Positions 57,840 to 64,000 of a stretch of 64,000 nucleotides of DNA are shown here, one piece after another. Below the pieces are notes generated by a model. It searched no databases. It was not told the DNA's origin and worked only from the letters and a program-made list of their open reading frames with translations. The DNA lies in the IMG/VR virus record IMGVR_UViG_3300007280_000474. One strand, 5' to 3'. The stretch's first letter is position 1. Every line of letters starts with the position of its first letter. The stretch comes from a virus. Taxonomy: Duplodnaviria; Caudoviricetes. The position numbers and the translations under genes were made by a program.

Positions 57840-59046
57840 ATTTTTGCCTTGCTACATGCTTTCTGAAACCCCAATTATCTCTGAGCCATCTAGCACCTTT
57901 GCCTTCCAGTATGTCCATTGTCCTATCAATAGTGCCATTCTGGTAGTCGCTAATTTTACCAATATTATACTTGGAAAGATCGTTTGTGTCAATACTTTTT
58001 AACATATTATCTAGTTTTTGTACTGCGTCATCGATGCTCCAAGGTACATACATATGGTGTCCGTTGTTTGCAAACACTTCTGGGAAACTTCTGTAAGCAG
58101 GATATAAGGTAAGTGTACCCATAGTGTCTGCTTCGCTTACAGTGTTGCTTACCCAATCTTGTAACGCACAATTAAATAGCACTTTACTATCTGCTAACAA
58201 ATTGTAGTAGTCATTCTTTTTAAGACCTGTGTAAACTCTAAAGTTTGCAGTCTTTGTCTTGCCTAAATCCCATGCATCTTGTAAGTCCATTGCACGTTTT
58301 ACATACCGTGGATCATTGCTTTTAAGTTCTGGGTGTCCACAAAATATAGCAAATTCAACATCTGGATCTATTTTGTAATAGGCTTCTGCTAAATCCATAT
58401 AAAAGTGTGGTTGCTTCTCGTCGTCCCAACGTGCGGCAAAGCCTACACGATTTGATCTATCATGTAGTAATGCAGGAGCAGGAACACGTTCCTTAACTTC
58501 TTCTTTACCATATGGTAGACCTGAAACATAAATTGGACACTTGAATCCTGCAATTCTTAGGTGTGCAACAAATTCTTCACTTGCAACAATAATACCATCT
58601 ACAAACTCATCAACCATTTGCTCATATCTACGCATCCAACTAAACATGCCTTCTCTGATTAAGAAGTCATCTGGGTCAGTAGTTTGTGCAAGGAACCTAA
58701 GGTATACTTTGGGTCTGTATTCCTTTGGTGATTGATCCATAATGTAAGGAAGGCATTCAAGTCCTGGTGTAAACATATCTTCATAAAAGATAACATCGTC
58801 ACTACTAATCTCGCCATTCTTCATTTTCTGTACAAGACTCATAGTCTGACTTAAACTGTAATAACTACGTCCATGAGCATCCAACACACTACCAGTTACG
58901 ATAGCCTTACTGTTGTCCAGTTCCTCACCAGTGATAATCTCATAGTCAATACCACGTGCTTTGAATACACGTTCATTCCAATCTTGCAACTGCAATGTAT
59001 AACGTGCCTCATAACTTTCGAGGCCCATGTAATATAGTTTACGCAT
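57832..59046 (-). CDS. GT-B fold glycosyltransferase (start moved to ATG 59046)
   Basis: FAARWDDEKQP, QDWVSNTVSEA, YRSFPE. Confidence 0.7.
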   Translation of the reverse strand: MRKLYYMGLESYEARYTLQLQDWNERVFKARGIDYEIITGEELDNSKAIVTGSVLDAHGRSYYSLSQTMSLVQKMKNGEISSDDVIFYEDMFTPGLECLPYIMDQSPKEYRPKVYLRFLAQTTDPDDFLIREGMFSWMRRYEQMVDEFVDGIIVASEEFVAHLRIAGFKCPIYVSGLPYGKEEVKERVPAPALLHDRSNRVGFAARWDDEKQPHFYMDLAEAYYKIDPDVEFAIFCGHPELKSNDPRYVKRAMDLQDAWDLGKTKTANFRVYTGLKKNDYYNLLADSKVLFNCALQDWVSNTVSEADTMGTLTLYPAYRSFPEVFANNGHHMYVPWSIDDAVQKLDNMLKSIDTNDLSKYNIGKISDYQNGTIDRTMDILEGKGARWLRDNWGFRKHVARQKYE

Positions 59047-59188
59047 CTTTATCTTTCTCCTCAGATTGTGTATTGTCAGGTAACTCGCCGTAATCAACAA
59101 CTTGCGTTACTTCTTCGTCTAAGTTTCCTAAGTTACTGTTATTTAGATCTTTAGAATCTTTATCAGTAGTTTTTTTCGATTTTTCCAT
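59039..59188 (-). CDS. 49-aa acidic low-complexity protein (not in ORF track)
   Basis: MEKSKKTTDKD...EEKDKDA; AAGGA RBS; fills the gap. Confidence 0.4.
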   Translation of the reverse strand: MEKSKKTTDKDSKDLNNSNLGNLDEEVTQVVDYGELPDNTQSEEKDKDA

Positions 59189-59200
59189 CTCAATATCCTT

Positions 59201-60103
59201 TTATAAATTTAGTAGATCAGCATAATGTTCGGCAGTCTGTTTAGCAGTCTTTGGACCTAAGTGCCCAGGAATGCTATCATTAAACATATTGCCACCTTTA
59301 TAACAATCTCTAGCATCATCGATCTGGTCTATGATATAACATCCTAATAGATCAGCAGTGTTCTTACTCCATGTGCCTTCCACATAAGAAGTCTTACCTT
59401 CCCACATGTTCTGAATAGAATTGATCAAACACATTGCCTGAGTATTTCTATTATGTTCCCAATCATCCAAATCAAAACCAAACAATGATCTTAACATGTT
59501 AAAGTTTTTTCTTTGGTATGGCTCATGGTTAAGGTGCCCGGTTACATATCTATTCACACCGTAATAAGATTCACGTGAGAATTCAGTCCACTGGTTTATA
59601 ACACCGAGTGGTTTCTTACATTGCTTATATAGTGATAGATTATTAACATAACTAAAATGTATAGATGTGCCTGCTTTACCTAAATTAATTACCGGCACAC
59701 CTAGTGCTTGTGACAGATAATAGCATATACGCTCATCCTCTGCTAATCCTGTTCCCATTAATTCTGAACATCCAAACATTACCACACTATTGGACCAATC
59801 TACATCGTCTAGGTCAATGCATCTATAGCCCTGCTTGTTAAATGTGTATGTAACTTCTTTGTTTCTGTAATGCCAATCCTCAGGCATTAACTCCAAATTT
59901 GCTACATACCTATCAAGTGTGTCATTTGAATAAAACTTATGAGTACCTGGCAATTCCACATCATCATTTTGATCTACAAATGCTGGATATTGGTTAGCCT
60001 TTATGAGTTGTGCATCAGTACCATTAAAAGTTGAGTGCGGCAAAAAATTGCCATCTTCAATACTTTGTAGTATACTTTTCCTATCCATCAGTGTTTCTTC
60101 CAT
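59201..60103 (-). CDS. SGNH-like protein, family B-related (4 of 4)
   Basis: YTFNKQGYR, FGCSELMG, NLGKAGTS, PGHLG. Confidence 0.55.
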   Translation of the reverse strand: MEETLMDRKSILQSIEDGNFLPHSTFNGTDAQLIKANQYPAFVDQNDDVELPGTHKFYSNDTLDRYVANLELMPEDWHYRNKEVTYTFNKQGYRCIDLDDVDWSNSVVMFGCSELMGTGLAEDERICYYLSQALGVPVINLGKAGTSIHFSYVNNLSLYKQCKKPLGVINQWTEFSRESYYGVNRYVTGHLNHEPYQRKNFNMLRSLFGFDLDDWEHNRNTQAMCLINSIQNMWEGKTSYVEGTWSKNTADLLGCYIIDQIDDARDCYKGGNMFNDSIPGHLGPKTAKQTAEHYADLLNL

Positions 60104-60159
60104 CTACACTCTTCTTAGTATAATTGTTGGTTCGTTCTGCTCTGCAATACGCAACATAA

Positions 60160-60339
60160 TTACATATTGTTTTTCTTGTCTTGGATTTCCTTACGTCTTT
60201 CTTTTGTAAGTTTACCAAGTTCACCTAAAGCCTTACGAGCTCTAGTTGCCGCGGCTTTAACGCCACCGTTTTCGAACTTATCGTTCTCTGCTAAGTACTG
60301 CTCGAATAGAGCTTTAATTTGTAAATGATTCTCTGTCAT
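60160..60339 (-). CDS. Histone H1-like Hc1 family protein (start ATG 60339)
   Basis: ENDKFENGGVKAAATRARKALGEL.KL.KE.RKEIQ; AGGAG RBS. Confidence 0.75.
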   Translation of the reverse strand: MTENHLQIKALFEQYLAENDKFENGGVKAAATRARKALGELGKLTKERRKEIQDKKNNM

Positions 60340-60359
60340 TACTTTCTCCTTTTTAATTG

Positions 60360-60746
60360 TTATGCCCCAGGCATGTAATTGGTGGGGTATTCCATTTCGC
60401 AACCGTTTTCATTATCTTCGGCTACTGAAATCTTTAACCAGCGATCAGGATACATTGCTTGTATATGCTCTGCTAGTTCATCTGCGATCATCTCGCATGA
60501 TTTGTAATCAAGATCGAGAGTCGCTTTATCATATAGCCTCTCCATCCATCTTTTAAACTGTATAAATTCTACATCTCTGTCTTCATGAAACACTTCAAGC
60601 CATACCTTAAAGTGAAAGATGTGTCTGTGCGGATATCCTAAAAAGGATACATCATCCCAATCACCTGTTGCTAGATTAGGATCTTCCAAGGCGGCAGGGT
60701 ACTTGTGAATACCCTCCTTGTTAAACGTTACCCAGATACTCCTCAT
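60360..60746 (-). CDS. QueD/PTPS-like T-fold protein
   Basis: EGIHKY...HRHIFH...VEFIQFK...SCEMIA...VAEDNENG. Confidence 0.7.
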   Translation of the reverse strand: MRSIWVTFNKEGIHKYPAALEDPNLATGDWDDVSFLGYPHRHIFHFKVWLEVFHEDRDVEFIQFKRWMERLYDKATLDLDYKSCEMIADELAEHIQAMYPDRWLKISVAEDNENGCEMEYPTNYMPGA

Positions 60747-60919
60747 AGTGTTACTGTCTCCTCAGCAACCTCAGTAACGGGTTGAGTTACATAACGCATT
60801 GGTCTACGCATAGCGGCTACCCTAGCCTTTCTAATAGCATTACGTTCTGCTTTCTTCTTATGGTTCTTTCTGTTCTGTCTATCTCTGAACTGTTGAACCT
60901 TTTGTTTTACTTTTCTCAC
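60743..60919 (-). CDS. 58-aa highly basic protein (not in ORF track)
   Basis: GTG start after GGAGG; MRKVKQKVQQFRDRQNRKNHKKKAERNAIRKARVAAMRR...; 4-nt overlaps at both ends. Confidence 0.55.
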   Translation of the reverse strand: MRKVKQKVQQFRDRQNRKNHKKKAERNAIRKARVAAMRRPMRYVTQPVTEVAEETVTL

Positions 60920-61101
60920 GACCAGCCTCCGTCAATTGTTTCCATTACTTCATTCATATGACCTAGCAACTGTGTGATAGGCTCATCATAATCACCAATA
61001 TCGTAATCAACACTATCTTGCTCTTCAAACATAGCCTTGATCTGATCTCCGTACTGAACAATCTGTTCTAGTTGTTCTCTCATTTCATCTGATATTGCCA
61101 T
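60916..61101 (-). CDS. Small acidic hypothetical protein
   Basis: GGAGG RBS; TAATG overlap. Confidence 0.6.
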   Translation of the reverse strand: MAISDEMREQLEQIVQYGDQIKAMFEEQDSVDYDIGDYDEPITQLLGHMNEVMETIDGGWS

Positions 61102-61511
61102 TACGCCTCCTTGCTAGGATCCCATATAGTCAAGTTCTTAGTCTTAAGTCTATTGACTACAATTTTATACCTGCTTTGTTCCTCTTGCCATTCCTTTAAC
61201 CATTTATGTCCGTCACGCTCTGCGTCAACAAAAATTGCATTAGTAAATGCTAATGGTAATAAGATAGCACAATGTATAACAATACTTGCTACTGTGTTGT
61301 AGCCAAACCAACCTAAGTAGTTGGCTGCTAAAAATCCAAAGAACACACTCCACACAACAAACAATACTAACATAAAGTATGTCTGTAGGCTAGGGTCTGG
61401 GATATACTTTAATGGATTGTATCTCACATCCATCACACGCCTCCAGCCACTCACAAGACTCATGACTGTTCTTCTGAATAGACTTGGCTTTTTAATTGCT
61501 GGTTCAATCAT
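61101..61511 (-). CDS. Two-TM membrane protein
   Basis: VMDVRYNPLKYIPD followed by two hydrophobic helices. Confidence 0.65.
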   Translation of the reverse strand: MIEPAIKKPSLFRRTVMSLVSGWRRVMDVRYNPLKYIPDPSLQTYFMLVLFVVWSVFFGFLAANYLGWFGYNTVASIVIHCAILLPLAFTNAIFVDAERDGHKWLKEWQEEQSRYKIVVNRLKTKNLTIWDPSKEA

Positions 61512-61521
61512 TTTTTCTTCC

Positions 61522-61617
61522 TTACTCAACATGGTTCCTTATATATTCTTTGATCACATGCATTCCATATGATGCCCAAGTTATTACTACTAGACTCCAA
61601 AACAATATCTCTATCAT
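61522..61617 (-). CDS. 31-aa membrane peptide (not in ORF track)
   Basis: MIEILFWSLVVITWASYGMHVIKEYIRNHVE; tiles the gap. Confidence 0.4.
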   Translation of the reverse strand: MIEILFWSLVVITWASYGMHVIKEYIRNHVE

Positions 61618-61784
61618 TCATCTGAATCCTTTTTAATAGGATTGTCGTAGTAATCATGTGTGCCTGCTCTGTAACGTGCTTTCTTCTCACTTACAAGAAC
61701 ACTGCTCATGTATGCAAAATATCCAGCAGACAAAAAGATAACTACTCCAAATATAAAATTAAGAATCTCCATCAAGATAGTCAT
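61614..61784 (-). CDS. Small membrane protein (not in ORF track)
   Basis: MTILMEILNFIFGVVIFLSAGYFAYM...; ATGA overlap. Confidence 0.45.
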   Translation of the reverse strand: MTILMEILNFIFGVVIFLSAGYFAYMSSVLVSEKKARYRAGTHDYYDNPIKKDSDE

Positions 61785-61950
61785 CTAGCATCTCCTGTAT
61801 TTCGTCTGGTAGTTTGGCTCCCATTGCTACTGCAAAGTCTAATACAGTGATAAAGAACTCTTGCAAGTCTTCTTCACTGTTAAAACCTTCAATGTCAATG
61901 GTGGACTCTATGTTAGTCCTGCCACGTTTACCTGCTAATTTAATTTGCAT
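61759..61950 (-). CDS. Small hypothetical protein
   Basis: ATG 8 nt after the -10 box. Confidence 0.55.
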   Translation of the reverse strand: MQIKLAGKRGRTNIESTIDIEGFNSEEDLQEFFITVLDFAVAMGAKLPDEIQEMLDDYLDGDS

Positions 61951-61958
61951 AGTTCTTT

Positions 61959-61987
61959 ATTATACGATTATAACGATTCAATGTCAA
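61959..61987 (-). promoter_or_regulatory. Sigma70-type promoter
   Basis: TTGACA-N17-TATAAT, perfect consensus. Confidence 0.85.
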
Positions 61988-62409
61988 CCTTTCTTTTGCT
62001 TGCTAAGTTTTTCTAAACTTAGTTTATCTTTAAGACTCATTAAGTATGCTGCACCTGCTAAAATAAAGATAGCACCTGCTTCTGCAAATAGCCCAATTGG
62101 TTCCATCTCTTTACTGTGCAACACAATAAGTCTACATAATGCTGTAATAGCAATGATAATAGGTAGTGTTACAGGAATACGTTCTGTGCTGTAAAATGCT
62201 CCAATCATTGCAACAACCTCTGCAAAGATAAACAACATAAACAAGTCTGCTAGTACAACTGATCTAGCAATAAACATACCAAATACATAGTCGCCAATGG
62301 CAAATATAGTACATACGCCAATCAATGCAATAATTGCACGTTCTGTTAACACTGTGGTCCAATGCATCTTATCGTCCTTCTTTAGTAAACTTTCAAATAA
62401 TTCTTTCAT
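61984..62409 (-). CDS. psiE: Phosphate-starvation-inducible PsiE family membrane protein
   Basis: LADLFMLFIFAEVVAMI..FY...RIPVTLPIIIAITALCRLIV. Confidence 0.8.
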   Translation of the reverse strand: MKELFESLLKKDDKMHWTTVLTERAIIALIGVCTIFAIGDYVFGMFIARSVVLADLFMLFIFAEVVAMIGAFYSTERIPVTLPIIIAITALCRLIVLHSKEMEPIGLFAEAGAIFILAGAAYLMSLKDKLSLEKLSKQKKG

Positions 62410-62582
62410 ACTATATGGTTCTCCCTGCTTTTCTTTGCCGTGTGTACAATACCACTTTTAGTTGTGTAGGGTTCTTTGCTTATACCCTTTGTACCTGCAT
62501 TGTCATTTATAAGTTGAAATAAAAATACAAACATTGCAATTACTGCTGGTAATAATATTGCTAATAAAATAACTCCGTCCAT
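62406..62582 (-). CDS. Small membrane protein (not in ORF track)
   Basis: MDGVILLAILLPAVIAMFVFLF...; GAGGA RBS; ATGA overlap with psiE. Confidence 0.5.
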   Translation of the reverse strand: MDGVILLAILLPAVIAMFVFLFQLINDNAGTKGISKEPYTTKSGIVHTAKKSRENHIV

Positions 62583-62586
62583 GTCC

Positions 62587-62769
62587 TCACCAATTGTGTA
62601 TTACATTTGCCATAATAAAGAAACATGTCATAAAGTTAACCCCCACAATAACAGTGCGGAGCAAAGCCACATAATTATCATAGGGTTCAGTTTTCTCATC
62701 TGAGAAACCACCTAATGCATATTTCCAAATAGTCCATACCTTACGCACTTTCGTACCTATCAAAGACAT
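62587..62769 (-). CDS. Small membrane protein
   Basis: WTIWKYALGGFSDEKTEPYDN...IHNW. Confidence 0.6.
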   Translation of the reverse strand: MSLIGTKVRKVWTIWKYALGGFSDEKTEPYDNYVALLRTVIVGVNFMTCFFIMANVIHNW

Positions 62770-63793
62770 GGTTAATTACATTGTTAACTCTAACGAAGTG
62801 AGCACACTTGGGCATATCCTTTATACGAGTTGCACCAATGTATGTACATGTACTTCTTACTCCGCCGAGTATTTGTTCTACTGTATTGCTTACAGGACCT
62901 CTATCCGGCATAACAATAGTCTTGCCTTCTGTGCCTCTGTAGCCGTCCTTTCTAGCACCATGTGTATCAAGTGCTGTTTGCGAACTCATGCCGTAGAACA
63001 CTCTGTTACCATCTACTAGTTCTGCTTCACTTTCTTCATGTCCTGCTAACATACCTCCTAGCATTACAAAGTGAGCACCGCCTGCTAATGCTTTTGCTAC
63101 ATCGCCTGGTTGTGTACAACCACCGTCAGCAATTATGTGTCCACCAACTCCATTAGCGGCATCGGCACAATCCATAATTGCACTAAACTGTGGTACGCCT
63201 ACACCTGTTTGTGTTCTTGTAGTACAAACACTGCCTGGACCAATACCAACTTTGACAACGTCAGCACCCTTTATAATCAATTCTTCAGTCATATTAGGAG
63301 TGACAACATTGCCGGCGATTATAATCTTATCAGGGTATTCTTCTCTGATACGTTGTACAAAGTCGATATAGGATTGATGATAGCCGTTAGCCACATCAAT
63401 TGTGATTGCTGGAATGTCTGGCCATGATTGCATTACTTGTTTTAGTGTTTGGTAATCAGTTGCATTGTTATCCCAAAGTGCACCAGTGCCAACGCATGCT
63501 GAAATGTACTTCAGTTCTAAGCCACTGCCCATTGCTTCTTTCCACTGTTCAAAGGTGTAGTGCTTTCTGATAACAGTCATCATCTTAAACTTCTGTAAGG
63601 TCTTAGCCATACTAAATGTTCCTACACCATCCATGTTACTAGCCATAATAGGCACATAACTTAGTGAACGCCCGCTGTTTCTAAACGAAAACTCACGCAT
63701 AATGTTTACGTCTTTCCTAGAGCTCAAGGTAGAGCGTTTAGGTTGTAGCAATACATCAGCATAATCTAAATGTATATTGTAGTCGATTCTCAT
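62741..63793 (-). CDS. guaC: GMP reductase (start moved to ATG 63793)
   Basis: DVLLQPKRSTLSSR, SNMDGVGTF, IDVANG, GIGPGSVCTTR, ADGG, FYGMSS, EGK, GGVRSTCTYIGA; no CBS domains. Confidence 0.92.
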   Translation of the reverse strand: MRIDYNIHLDYADVLLQPKRSTLSSRKDVNIMREFSFRNSGRSLSYVPIMASNMDGVGTFSMAKTLQKFKMMTVIRKHYTFEQWKEAMGSGLELKYISACVGTGALWDNNATDYQTLKQVMQSWPDIPAITIDVANGYHQSYIDFVQRIREEYPDKIIIAGNVVTPNMTEELIIKGADVVKVGIGPGSVCTTRTQTGVGVPQFSAIMDCADAANGVGGHIIADGGCTQPGDVAKALAGGAHFVMLGGMLAGHEESEAELVDGNRVFYGMSSQTALDTHGARKDGYRGTEGKTIVMPDRGPVSNTVEQILGGVRSTCTYIGATRIKDMPKCAHFVRVNNVINHVFDRYESA

Positions 63794-63972
63794 ACAAATT
63801 GTCCTATTAAAAACATTGAAAGTAACATAAAGCCTAACACACATACCTGAATTATTGACGCCCATGCTACTTGCTTCATTGGGTGCATTTCTACTAGTTT
63901 ATCTAGTGCGTCTACATCAGGACTTAGGTTAACTGCCTGTAGTACTTTCTCTTCTGTTGATTTCTTATTCAA
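63790..63972 (-). CDS. Small membrane protein
   Basis: C-terminal TM helix; ATGA overlap with guaC. Confidence 0.55.
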   Translation of the reverse strand: MNKKSTEEKVLQAVNLSPDVDALDKLVEMHPMKQVAWASIIQVCVLGFMLLSMFLIGQFV

Positions 63973-64000
63973 TCTATTACCTCGTCCTTAGTGTACTTTG

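Noticed and set aside
60743-60919. Ribosomal protein bS21
   Set aside because: Only a basic helix; the N-terminal domain and EKP motif are missing
1177-63427. Numerous 60-140-aa ORFs antisense to or nested in long genes in the ORF track
   Set aside because: Shadow ORFs of well-supported genes, with no RBS or recognisable motifs
1-64000. Alternative genetic code (stop-codon reassignment)
   Set aside because: Genes tile densely under the standard code, and TAA, TAG and TGA all end recognisable full-length proteins
1-64000. tRNA, rRNA, integrase, transposase, intron or intein
   Set aside because: None recognised by eye and intergenic gaps are short; a tRNAscan/Infernal run would be needed to exclude them formally

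Overview
AT-rich, gene-dense 64-kb segment of a large tailed dsDNA (jumbo/myovirus-like) bacteriophage genome. The TonB-dependent receptor, c-type cytochrome, Fpr, PsiE, Pho-box-like and IHF-like sites suggest a Gram-negative, probably marine proteobacterial host (inference). Two convergent arms meet at a bidirectional hairpin near 41.73 kb. The + arm (1-41.7 kb, T4-like TAAATA late promoters) carries tail-fibre/structural genes, then a ~37-kb tailoring cluster: GT-A glycosyltransferases, two UDP-sugar dehydrogenases, five tandem radical-SAM genes, a B12 radical SAM, amidinotransferase, 2OG-Fe oxygenases, DegT, carbamoyltransferase, methyltransferase, repeated GT-like and SGNH-like paralogues and a 1495-aa repeat protein. 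A Pho-box-flanked islet encoding a ParB-domain/TonB-receptor fusion interrupts it. The - arm (41.7-64 kb, consensus sigma70 promoters) carries MoxR/vWA, FabZ-like, ribosomal bL33, cytochrome c, glutaredoxin, T4-type RNase H, and a 7-deazapurine/pterin locus (queE, folE, queD-like, PRTase, galE, GT, guaC, MazG-like). Strongest novel candidates: (i) a two-hairpin RNA 3' of the MoxR gene whose loop is complementary to the ribosome-binding leaders of three neighbouring early genes, (ii) the ParB-TBDR fusion under apparent Pho control, (iii) a deazapurine locus with tubercidin/toyocamycin-like gene content plus a glycosyltransferase. All calls come from motif recognition by eye; no database search was run.
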